From Schizochytrium sp. TIO01 (Eukaryota; Protista; Bigyra: Labyrinthulomycetes), in NCBI GenBank assembly GCA_004764695.1, contig SMSO01000032.1:1054001-1118000 (forward strand): a DNA stretch of 64,000 bases, in the 5' to 3' direction. Positions 1 to 10,018 of the stretch are shown one piece after another. The translations under genes and the position numbers were made by a program. The notes beneath the pieces are model-generated. The model ran no database searches. It saw only the letters and a list, made by a program, of their open reading frames with translations, and was not told the origin of the DNA. The stretch's first letter is position 1. Each line of letters starts with the position of its first letter.

Positions 1-129
1 TTTTGGCCTTGACAATGGAATGATTGAATTTGCTACTCTAGCTACAGCTAACTAGGAACCTATGAGAAGCCTGAATGAATGAGAAAATGAGTGAATTTTG
101 CGATGCCCTGGTCTGCGTTGCTTCTACTC

Positions 130-599
130 CTAGAGGATTGTATCCCGCTTTATGTTTCGATTGGGGACAAACGCGAACAATGCCGAAACGAGAGGAGCAC
201 GTCCGAGTCTGGTCTATGGGCTTGGCTCTGCAGCTGCGGTGCCAGGTTTGCAGGGTGGCAGCCCAGGTGGTCGGCCATCTTAAGCTGTGATGGAGTTCTT
301 GCTGAGCTCTCAGAAGTTTGAAGGAAAGAACGTCAAAAGAGACTCGGGATAACAAAGATTCATGCCAGCAGTGCGAAAGCACATCTCCAACTTTTTGCCA
401 GGCTCTAGGTCAAGTTATGAACAAGAAAACTCCTGTTTGGCTCAATGCAGCGCCAGGAAAAGGTGAGATCGCAACGGCACCATCATGACAAAATCGAAGA
501 TATTTGCCTCACAATACATCAAATTTGGATCTATACTTCAATGCACTACTCAAAACCATGTTTAGGGAACGCGTGCACGCTTGCTTTGTATCTGCGTAG
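130..599 (+). mobile_element. Decayed pogo/Tigger-like (DDE_1) transposase remnant
   Basis: Broken-frame fragments fall in DDE_1 order: CFDWGQTRTMPKR (~NxDETG..MPKR), RWSAILSCDG (~RxTxxLxxxADG), RFMPAVRKHI at 356 (~FxPxVR), then from 417 MNKKTPVWLNAAPG..*..RYLPHNTSNLDLYFNALLKTMFRER (~kxlLllDnapgH..FLPPNTTS.LQPLD..F..LK..YR). Contains stops and frameshifts; no TIR seen. Confidence 0.45.
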
Positions 600-1035
600 C
601 TAACTAAAACAATTGTGGAATATGTGGCATCCAGCACAAAACCCCTCTGTTGTTCTGCAACCAACTACAATAGCATCGCCATGTGGCTGTGCAAACTCGA
701 GGTTGGGTATTAAATGATACTATTCCTGTGAGAGTCGTGATGAAAAATGTAGAACATACTACCAATGACTTGAACTTGATGCTAATTATTCCCTCGCGGG
801 AGTTGCATTGTCAAGCAACAGAGGTCTACATAAATATCATAGTTAGGCAAGATGCATGACTGGATTCCCTGGATTGGTTCTCATCAAGTTTGATACTCTC
901 ATGCGGCCTTCGCAATATTCACCATCCTGGATCTATGATTGATTTAAAGCGTTTTGCTTCGCCGAATTCAAGGTTCGGCTGCTCTCTCTTCAAGCATTCG
1001 AGCCTTTTGCTTTGCTACATTTCACCCTAATTAAT

Positions 1036-1063
1036 TGAGGGCTGAGGGCTGAGGGCTGAGGGC
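1036..1063 (+). repeat. (TGAGGGC)x4 heptamer tandem repeat, G-quadruplex consensus
   Basis: Four exact copies give GGG-CTGA-GGG-CTGA-GGG-CTGA-GGG. Confidence 0.9.
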
Positions 1064-2040
1064 AAGTTTCAATCTGTTTACATTTCAACAGTGCCGAAGT
1101 TCTGTTAGAAGCTTTCGATCAGACCGACGCGGATTTGGAGAGCCTGTGAAGAGCCACTTCAACATAGTGAACAGCTCCGTGGTCTCAAGGGAACAGAAAA
1201 GGAAAGAACATACTACTTGAATATCATAAAACTTCATACATAGGTACAAGCCTATATAGAGGCCTATATTCTCCTATTATTATTTTATTTTTTAATCAAA
1301 TACTAAGTAAGAAAAGATGGAGTAATAATGATGAGCTCAATAGGGGACGGAGGGGTCTTATAGTTTCAATTATTTGGTCCTTTCTCAATGAGCATCAATC
1401 AAAGTTGAACTTTTTTTCTTTTCTTTTTTGAAGAAAGAAATGACCAGCGAGAGGCGTCGAAAACAACACCAGGAAACAGGCTTCTACAACCGCCAAGGCG
1501 CTGACTTAAGGCTCCAAATTCTGCCTCTCACGAATAGGATTCACCGCCGTGGCATATTTCGTATTCCAAAACGCGCCGCATTATTTTTGATGACCGTGTC
1601 GTTAAGGAATAACTAATGCACGTAGAGAGGCCAAGACGAAATAACTCTCAAACGAGCACGAGCTCCCAGATTGAAGCAAGCAGGTTGTTGTAAGCCATAG
1701 ATAAACCATCTCGAGGTGGTCCCTGTACTCCAGCTCATCCTTTCACAGCAATAATCAGCTCTTACTCCCTCCTGTCCCAAAACTTGAGCTAAAGTAAATG
1801 GCCAATCAAACAAATACACATCGCCTGCTTCCCGCTCCCGGGGGGGCTGTCATTCTAGCCAATGGGCTACTTTGCACGTATCGGCATTTCAATACCTAAT
1901 TCAAATACCCGATGATGGTCTGCCCCTGTTAATGTTGGTCTTTTGTAGTTTACCCGCTCCTGTCGGCTCCTCTTCAAACCCTCGAGTTGTATGAACAACC
2001 CATTTTATAAAATTATAATAATTATGAAAAGGTGTATTCT

Positions 2041-2125
2041 GTAAGTACTATTAGACCTTATCTTAGACCCTTTTCTCCGCGTCTGTGGCTGCTGCCCTCT
2101 TATTCTTGCTAAGTTACATGGCCAG
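2041..2125 (+). other. Putative 5'-UTR spliceosomal intron of the bL27 gene
   Basis: GTAAGT donor at 2041, pyrimidine-rich body, GCTAA branch-like site, CAG acceptor at 2125. Confidence 0.4.
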
Positions 2126-2224
2126 GTGCTCGTTGCCTTTGGAGCTCCAGACCCTTCTGCGCTCGCGAGCCGCCTCGTCTGCCTCTCTGCCACAAGCAGT
2201 AGCAAGCTCATCCCATCTAGGACA

Positions 2225-2779
2225 ATGCTTCGCGCCGCTTCCCGCGCCGCACTTATGCCGCTGAGCGGCAGCCATGCGACTCGCCCTGCTGCCCCCATGG
2301 CGTCCATGGCCACCTCAATGAGCGCTCCTGCATTCTCTGCTCCGTCTATGTTGGCCCGCGGTGGTCTTTTGGATGCCTTTAGCGGCCTCGATGTCCTTGT
2401 GAGCCCTCTCTTTGGCCAGCAGAGTGTACGTTTTGCCAGCAAGAAGGCTGCCGGATCGAGTAAGAATGGTCGCAAATCCGCCGGCAAGCGTCTCGGTGTG
2501 AAGAAGTTTGGCGGCGAGTACGTGCAGACCGGCAACATCATTATCCGCCAGCGCGGAACACCGACTCACCCTGGTGTTAATGTGGGCGTGGGACGCGACC
2601 ATACTCTGTACGCCCTCACAGAGGGTCACGTAAAGTTCACCTACCTCCGTGTGCCGTACAGGCAGTCTCGCACGCGCAGCTACCTCCGCAAGTTCGTCAA
2701 TGTCGTACCCGTCGGTGAGCAGCCTGAGGCTCATGGTATTGAGAGCAAAGAGTGGCCTCCTCTCTACTACCGCCGCTGA
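2225..2779 (+). CDS. MRPL27: Mitochondrial ribosomal protein bL27m precursor
   Basis: Core [68 protein letters not shown] is the L27 signature. It follows an Arg/Ala/Ser-rich presequence ([12 protein letters not shown]..) with few acidic residues. First ATG at 2225. Confidence 0.95.
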   Translation: MLRAASRAALMPLSGSHATRPAAPMASMATSMSAPAFSAPSMLARGGLLDAFSGLDVLVSPLFGQQSVRFASKKAAGSSKNGRKSAGKRLGVKKFGGEYVQTGNIIIRQRGTPTHPGVNVGVGRDHTLYALTEGHVKFTYLRVPYRQSRTRSYLRKFVNVVPVGEQPEAHGIESKEWPPLYYRR

Positions 2780-3891
2780 TCCTGCCGTCACACGAACCGC
2801 GTCGGTTGATCTAGTTTTTCTATTTTTTGCTTTGACTTCGAATATAAATTTGGATCTGGGTTTCACTTTGGATATAGGAACACACCGACCTTCATTTTGA
2901 CTTTGGTCCTAGATTAAGAATGACAACATGCTTTTGCCAGGAATGGTGACGTTGAGCTTAACCAGGGCGGGTTGAAAATTGAGGACGATTCTAAAGGGGG
3001 ACTCGCAAAGACAGGACTACTGAATTTATCGTGGCGGGGAGAAGGACGGCTAGCAAGGGGCTGGCAAAATCTCACAAAACTGATAAAAATATGCCTCTCA
3101 GCGAGTGGAGGACTTCTTGGAGGCATGGTTAACGGGCAGATCGGGAGCAAGAGGAAAGCGAGCTCGATCTGCACCGCTGTTGCGTCGGCAGTAAGCTGAG
3201 CTGTGAGCTTGGACTAGCTGACGTTAAACCTGGCTCGTTATATAGGATATATGAGTATATAGCAGGCATATTGAACCACTACCCGTACAACATTCAACAT
3301 TTCCATCTACCCGACGACTTACACACTACTTCTTCGCAATCTACATCTCTTGCCATTTCTGCGTTTGCAAACCTAAAACATCATTTTACAATTTATGTTA
3401 TGTGTGATTCAGCTTTTAAATGTCAGAAATCTGCTGCAGAAGCAAGAGTCTATCACAGTTGAACCTCTAAAGTTTGGATCCTTTTCGAACAGGATAACAC
3501 ACGAATTCCCGTAGTTTCCCTACGTAGAGGTAGTGAACTCCTCGACTTTTCCTTCTTCAAACCAACTCTCCTGAGACCTTAGAGCTTGATTTTTTTAAAT
3601 TTTGGGGACATTCGGAAAAGGAAAAGTACAACATCATGAGAATTGAATTCCCTACATATGCTATTATTATGTCTCAGAATAATAGGATGACCAGAAGTTG
3701 TATTAGAACTCTCTCTTTCTTACATCATAATTGGCTAATAATCTAATAAGAAGTATACGTGTCCACATGATAGCGTATGGATTTGAGCATATACCATGTT
3801 CTTTCAATACTGTTAGGAGAACGATAATGGGAGAAAAGGAGTACCATAATATAATTGGAAAAGGCAAACATATGTACTGGTTCAACTATAC

Positions 3892-6800
3892 CTAGGTTCC
3901 AATTTGATCTTTAATCTGAGCTAAACGAACAAGATCTTCGTAATATACCAGTATACGCACACTTGTATCAAGCTTAGGCATATTGTGCAAACCACGATCG
4001 ACGTTTGACCTGCCCTGAAGAATCAGTCGCTGAGCATCCCCGATCTCACGCTCCTGATGTGCAATAGCTTCTTGCAGATCGCGGTGTCTCTTCTCGCCTA
4101 TCTCAGCTTGAGTTAGTACCCTAGACAGCTTTGATAGTTTGGCACTCTCATCATAAGCATCATTATCACTCTGCAGCGCTTTTCGACGCTGTGCCAAGCC
4201 TTGCAAACGCCGAAGCTGCTTCTTTGCATTGCGTAATCGAGTATTGCCCTGCTGGATCATCATGTAGCCTCGTGATAGTGAGCTGTCCTGCATGGATACT
4301 CTTGCAAGCCGGTGCGTGCGACTACTGAAGCTGACAAGTTTCTTGGAAAGAGCATTGAAGAACCAGCGCATAATTCGATCTATAACACCAACCTTTCTAA
4401 GGGGTTCTGGGACTGTAGCTCCGTATCGCAATCGTCGTCCAAGCTGCATGGAGCGTTTTAGAAGATGTTCTACACCTGCGCGACGCATTGCCAAAACTGA
4501 GTTGAACTGTCTTTGATGCAGTAGCTTCTGATGGTCGATATACGCTTGCTGTTCTTCAATATTTGCTTCATCCATATTGCTTGTGTCCATATCCATGAGG
4601 GAGTCCACTCTATCAAGCCAACATCTAGAAAATACATTTTTCTTTTCCACTTGTCGCAAGAGAACACCTAGCGAGAGAATTGCATTGTTTGTGCAAGCAC
4701 CGTGGAAACCCACAATAAACTCCTCTTCAAAGCGATTCTTCCCAAATGAAGTCATTTCTGGTCCATCTGGAAGCACAAATCTCTTACCACTCTCGCAGGA
4801 GCCATACCATGGAGAGATGCGCCCATTGCTAGTACGGAATCTTAGCTTTCCGCCAACCATATTATTCATTGAGTATCCTTCAATTTGGGTAATACGCTCA
4901 TGCGGGTCTTGCATAAGAAATTCATATACCCTGAGGCCTTGAGCAGTACCAAACCCATGTTGTGGTCCACGTTTACCCCCTGAACCATTGTGCATCATAG
5001 ATGCTCCACTTGGGGCCGAAGCTTTCCCTCCTGAACCATTGTCAACCCCAGCTACCTTCAAAATTTCCCCTTCTTCAATTTCTACTGTGTCTTCTTCCCC
5101 TTGTATAGCTGAAGGACCAGGAGCGCGGAGGCGCTGCACACGTGTAAATCCATGTACAGGACCTTCCCAAACTCTTGAAGCTCCTTTGGGTCCGCTGCGG
5201 AAGCGTAATTGGAGTCCTACAACCATGCCTTCAGAAACTGCAACATTGATACCGTAGGTGTTCACACCTGAATCCATGAGTGTGTCAGTAAAGTGCCGCG
5301 CGCCACTTGCTTTAGAAAGGGGTAAGCCCACACACATAGATCGTTTATCCGAATAAGAAAATGTCCCACGCTCGTTAAATGCAGAGCACAGGAGTCGCAT
5401 CTCCAATTCAAGGCGTCTGTATACAAGGGACCGATGCCTTTCCAGAACAAACTTGAGTAACGTAAATGGCCGTTTTGCAAGATCTAAGATTGAGTTTCGA
5501 GTCGTTTTGGCAATATAATGATTCCTCTTTCTCAACTTTGTGCTCAACATGCGTTGTTCCAGCACGACCATTCTACACTTCCATTTATCGAGATCGTATT
5601 TGCACCTTGAAACAGTAAAAGGTAATGTTTCTTCGTTGCGAAAATCTTCAGTATAAATTGTCTTAAGACCAGATCGCCACCCTGCCCAGGCACGCTGCAT
5701 AAGTTGTAATCGGGAGCACTCCTTTGTGAGCTCCGCTATACGCCGACGGCAATGCGTCCTCTGAGCAAACTCAACCCAGCGAAGAAACCAAACCCTAGCA
5801 TTTTTCGGATCTGACGCCACGCCTTCTCCATTCTGTCGCAGATAATTGCTAAAGACAACCAAACGGCTCCGGCGATGGTTTATCTCTTCACGTAGACCAG
5901 GTGTTTCTCCACGAATTCGGGCATCCATAAATGATAGCCATTTATTGAATGAGCTATACTTCAGCCGAAGACGATAATACTTAGGCATAGAATTGTATAG
6001 TCTCCGAAATTGAATGCAAATTCGTACCCAATTTTCTAAGCGCTTCTGATGCATCAATCCAAATGAACGGCGAGCGATTATGGGAAAGCGTAGCATTCGA
6101 AAACACGTGCGCAAAATCTGGTCCATTCTTTGAGCTTCGAGTTGATCGAAGACAGAATACAGAGCGTTGTGCATCATTCGAGCGCGCATAGCACGGAGGC
6201 GTTGTGCATGCTCTATTTGCATCCGCTTTGTTTCCTCAAGTTGCAGGCGTCGTTCTTCAAGCATTTCATGCGCATTATTCTCACTGAGATCAAGATTCTC
6301 TTGTGCAAGACGTAAACGAGTATCGTGTTCGCGAAGCTGGATTTGCCTTGCCAGCCGTTCACGACGTACCTTTCCAGCTTCCATAGTAGCATTCCGGAGA
6401 CTTTGCTTCCGGAAATTAGGATCTCCAAGAAATTGCTGTGAGCGCTCAGCTCGTTCTTCCTGTAACTGTCGAAGCGAAGCTCTGCGCCGCTGCATCGCTT
6501 CCATTGGAGTTTCAAGCTGTATGCTCATTATCGAATCACCAGCATCTTGCTGCAAGCTATCTAGCACCAAAGAAGAGCCAGGAAAAAACAGTGTTCCTCG
6601 GTGACCATTGGTATGTCGATGGTTGGACTTTGCTGAGGTCGCAGGAGGCGACTTACCTCGCTTTGAGGCTGATACACTGTGGTTCGTAACATTATCCCAA
6701 GCCTTGAATACCTGGCGTTTTAGACGAATGATATAGTGATACCATGCGTACCTATCCTTTTGACCGGCCTGGACCACAGCTCGCCAGCATTTAAACACAT

Positions 6801-9054
6801 TCCCCCCTAGTCGATTCCTTTCAATGCAAGTTGTCAAACGCTTATTACGTGTTTGCTCTTGCATTTCAGCATGAAATTTGCACAAGCCAGCATGGAGCAT
6901 ATCGTATCGTTCTATAAAGCTGCTATCCTCCAGACCCATAAACAGTTGTAAGGAAGGCCATGGAGGGATAGTCATCTCATCTTCTGTTACATATGCTCGC
7001 TGGGGAAGTCCAAGCTGCATACGATAATGTTTCTGCTTGCTTGCAAAGAGTGTTGGGACCACATTATAGTAACGCAGTGCCGTTCGACGTGACCATCGCA
7101 TCACCCGCGTAAAAAGTTTCCAAGCACACCAATATCTCCGTGTACGACCAAGTAAGACCTGAAGTCTCAAAACTTTACCTCCATTTACCCATGCATCTTC
7201 AATACGTTTAGCTTGTCTGGCCCACTTTCTCCAAACAGTAAAGTGCAATTCCAGAATTCTCTCATTGTGGTTGAAAAGTTGTCGCATAGCTCGATTGGCA
7301 AGTGCATGCGACTGTTGAGTTCGCTGACGCCATGCCTGGAAATGACGAAGCATGACAAGAGTATGCCAAACTCGCTTTAAGAATTTTGCTTTTTTCTTGG
7401 CCAGAATATTCTGGTGTGTATAGCGACGCCATACATAAAAAGGCCAGAACATATGGCGAAAGAATTCACGTTCCTTATGTAATCGACGAACATGGCTTCT
7501 CCATCGACAAAACACCTTTCGAATATTTTTATTCATGAATTGAAGTCGGCGAGACCATACAAACCATTTTCGAATGAGTCGCAGTACTCGAATATGATAA
7601 GCTTTTGCGATAATGGTTTCCTCCCAAATGTAGCGTGCACGGAGACGCACAAGCGCACCGCGAGCAAGTGCGTTGATTTGATTCACTGCTCTATAGCGAA
7701 CAACAAATACTGCTTCTGTTAATGTCTCCTTGGTTTTTAAATTATAATCATTCATGCAAGCTGGAGTCCAATCTGCTCGTGAACTTTGTCGAGATAGCGC
7801 AGGTAGATTTTCTCGATTGCCCTGCTGTTGATGAAGGTTGCTTGACTTATGGTATGGCTTGTCATGCAGCCACTCTTTATCGAGCTGCTTAAGATACTTT
7901 ATGGAAATTCCAACATCATCAAGGACATCATCGATGTCCAAGCCACCTGTCGGTGAAATTAATATACCCTTTGCATGGACTGCTGCTTTAATCTTCATCC
8001 GAAGCCGCCGCACCCTTCGGGTACGATAGTATTTCCCGTCTCGTCCCGAGTATATGTGATCTTCGCAGAAGGGCGCGTGGACAAACGCCTCAATCTCTGC
8101 GTCCGAGTCAGTTTCGTATGCCTCATCTTGGTCCCCAAAATAATAATTGCATAGAACATCGTATGTGATCAAGTCCTCATCCACCATTAACAAACTTGAC
8201 GCACGAAGAACAATACGGCCAGCATGAGGAACAGTAATATCACAGGCAAGAAGTGCCTCGCGAAGCTGCGGAAGCGAAAGTACCCCTCCACACATGTCAA
8301 AATATGTTTTTATACGAGGCCAATTCCTGCGCACAGCCGATTCTTGTGCTCGCTCACTTGCATCTTTGGCATCCATTAGTTTCAAAGTTCGAGGTAAGTG
8401 ATATTCCTGTGATGTCAGCTTTTTTGTTGTGTCCATGTTATACTGATTCGCCAATCGCTCGTAAAGGCGCAGCTCCAAGCGGCGAGCTTCAGCTTTGGCA
8501 AGAATCATTTCTCGAAGTTTGATTTGTAACATTTCATCTGCTGCTTGCTCCTCAATGTCATATTTTGATTTAGCACGATCAATATACTCCGATGATAAGG
8601 ATGTGCGGTCGTGCTGACTTGTAAAACAAGTACAATAGCAAGTGGATTCATGATTACAATGCTTTGAAATTTCAAGTCGAGTATCATGAGCAGAGGGGGG
8701 GGGATTGGTCTCTATCTGCATGTTTCTTGAGATGTTTTTTGAAATGTGGATTAACTCGGCAACTGGAGCAAGCTCTGGTGGTCGAGAAAGTAAAGAAGAG
8801 TATTTCAGAGGTAGCTTTTGTTGAGTTTGAACTCCTAGAGACCGAGAGCTGGTTGTTGCATTTGGTGTATCTGTCGCAGCAGAATTGGTCTGCCTTGGAG
8901 GTAAGTCGAACCATGCAGGGCCTCTGTAGCCTGAGCGATGCCGTATAATCCATGCTGGCCCATCGTAACCTGTACGTTCCTGAAGTTGTATAGATGACTT
9001 TGGTGCGTCAGGAAGATCGCTTAAGACTCGTTTTCGTCGCCTGCCCACATCCAT
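3892..9054 (-). CDS. Large protein with EF-hand-like and IQ-like motifs, Sfi1-like (centrin-binding) Trp repeats, coiled coils and a C-terminal jacalin-like lectin domain
   Basis: Uninterrupted 1720-aa ORF from ATG 9054. Repeats such as AKFLKRVWHTLVMLRHFQAWRQ, ILELHFTVWRKWA and AWYHYIIRLKRQVFKAWD fit A-x7-LL-x3-F-x2-W. IQ-like AVNQINALARGALVR. Jacalin motifs ERITQIEG, LRFRTSNGRISPWYG, IVGFHG, ILSLGV at about 4655-5300. Confidence 0.8.
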   Translation of the reverse strand: MDVGRRRKRVLSDLPDAPKSSIQLQERTGYDGPAWIIRHRSGYRGPAWFDLPPRQTNSAATDTPNATTSSRSLGVQTQQKLPLKYSSLLSRPPELAPVAELIHISKNISRNMQIETNPPPSAHDTRLEISKHCNHESTCYCTCFTSQHDRTSLSSEYIDRAKSKYDIEEQAADEMLQIKLREMILAKAEARRLELRLYERLANQYNMDTTKKLTSQEYHLPRTLKLMDAKDASERAQESAVRRNWPRIKTYFDMCGGVLSLPQLREALLACDITVPHAGRIVLRASSLLMVDEDLITYDVLCNYYFGDQDEAYETDSDAEIEAFVHAPFCEDHIYSGRDGKYYRTRRVRRLRMKIKAAVHAKGILISPTGGLDIDDVLDDVGISIKYLKQLDKEWLHDKPYHKSSNLHQQQGNRENLPALSRQSSRADWTPACMNDYNLKTKETLTEAVFVVRYRAVNQINALARGALVRLRARYIWEETIIAKAYHIRVLRLIRKWFVWSRRLQFMNKNIRKVFCRWRSHVRRLHKEREFFRHMFWPFYVWRRYTHQNILAKKKAKFLKRVWHTLVMLRHFQAWRQRTQQSHALANRAMRQLFNHNERILELHFTVWRKWARQAKRIEDAWVNGGKVLRLQVLLGRTRRYWCAWKLFTRVMRWSRRTALRYYNVVPTLFASKQKHYRMQLGLPQRAYVTEDEMTIPPWPSLQLFMGLEDSSFIERYDMLHAGLCKFHAEMQEQTRNKRLTTCIERNRLGGNVFKCWRAVVQAGQKDRYAWYHYIIRLKRQVFKAWDNVTNHSVSASKRGKSPPATSAKSNHRHTNGHRGTLFFPGSSLVLDSLQQDAGDSIMSIQLETPMEAMQRRRASLRQLQEERAERSQQFLGDPNFRKQSLRNATMEAGKVRRERLARQIQLREHDTRLRLAQENLDLSENNAHEMLEERRLQLEETKRMQIEHAQRLRAMRARMMHNALYSVFDQLEAQRMDQILRTCFRMLRFPIIARRSFGLMHQKRLENWVRICIQFRRLYNSMPKYYRLRLKYSSFNKWLSFMDARIRGETPGLREEINHRRSRLVVFSNYLRQNGEGVASDPKNARVWFLRWVEFAQRTHCRRRIAELTKECSRLQLMQRAWAGWRSGLKTIYTEDFRNEETLPFTVSRCKYDLDKWKCRMVVLEQRMLSTKLRKRNHYIAKTTRNSILDLAKRPFTLLKFVLERHRSLVYRRLELEMRLLCSAFNERGTFSYSDKRSMCVGLPLSKASGARHFTDTLMDSGVNTYGINVAVSEGMVVGLQLRFRSGPKGASRVWEGPVHGFTRVQRLRAPGPSAIQGEEDTVEIEEGEILKVAGVDNGSGGKASAPSGASMMHNGSGGKRGPQHGFGTAQGLRVYEFLMQDPHERITQIEGYSMNNMVGGKLRFRTSNGRISPWYGSCESGKRFVLPDGPEMTSFGKNRFEEEFIVGFHGACTNNAILSLGVLLRQVEKKNVFSRCWLDRVDSLMDMDTSNMDEANIEEQQAYIDHQKLLHQRQFNSVLAMRRAGVEHLLKRSMQLGRRLRYGATVPEPLRKVGVIDRIMRWFFNALSKKLVSFSSRTHRLARVSMQDSSLSRGYMMIQQGNTRLRNAKKQLRRLQGLAQRRKALQSDNDAYDESAKLSKLSRVLTQAEIGEKRHRDLQEAIAHQEREIGDAQRLILQGRSNVDRGLHNMPKLDTSVRILVYYEDLVRLAQIKDQIGT

Positions 9055-10018
9055 TTCGTTGAACAGCCCCACGTCCTCACCAGAGCAACAAGTCACCCTT
9101 TCGGTTGTTTGCCTTTTATATTATACGCACTTTACGAGTGGCAAGGCCACTCGTCTTCCACAAGGAGGCAATGTTATGGGAGTGTTGTTTGCAGTTTCGG
9201 ACACAACTATGCTTTTCGACGCATAAACCTTCTAAATGTCTAATTTATTTAGTTGTTTAAAATCATATGCTACTTTAAACTTGCGTTTTACTAGATGGGC
9301 AGCTCTAAGCATATTCATCAATTTATTTGTACAATAACATTAGGGCGACGTTAGATTTAATGTGGCTGCATTTTATTTTAAAAGGAACAGATATTTTGGC
9401 GCATGGTTTTCATAGCACTGTAAATTAAGAATCTCCCTTGTCTTTGTTATAGTCTATTCATAAATCATATGTACTAGTTTCCCTATTCAGGGTAATAACC
9501 ACCATTCCGTGGTGCACACCTTGTTGCCTTCTCACCGGATCTTTTGTCCTATTATTGAGGACCAAGTGATTTGGTCCTAGTCAACCGTTGTAAAGTAGTA
9601 TTATGAGCTGCATTACAAGAATAATAAATGCATTGCATGCCGAATACAGAACATTACAGGGCAACTGATTCAAAGAGATTGCTTGGGATCTCCGCGTAGC
9701 GAGCAAATTGCTCAAGTCGCACTATCAGAGAAAGAAAGAGAAAGAGAAGAGAGAAACAGGGTTGTGGACTGCTCTGATTATTTTCGTAGCCTGGAGCAAG
9801 AGCAGCTTCTTAAACTGTTCCCTTTCTGCCTGGCCCAACTTGGGCCAAAACCTTGTAGTTTTAGTCAAGATTACTTGAGTCTGCATTTCTTTTGTGCTTT
9901 GGCAACTCGAAAATCCTCTTGCATTGTCGTAGAGTGCTGCTCCGGGTATTTTATACGAAGGTGAGAGGGCTACGACCCTTCAACTTATAAAAGTTATTTG
10001 CATCAAGATTTAGAAACT

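Noticed and set aside
2005-2900. Antisense and alternate-frame ORFs over bL27, and similar shadow ORFs over other large genes
   Set aside because: Explained by codon bias of the real CDS; no motifs.
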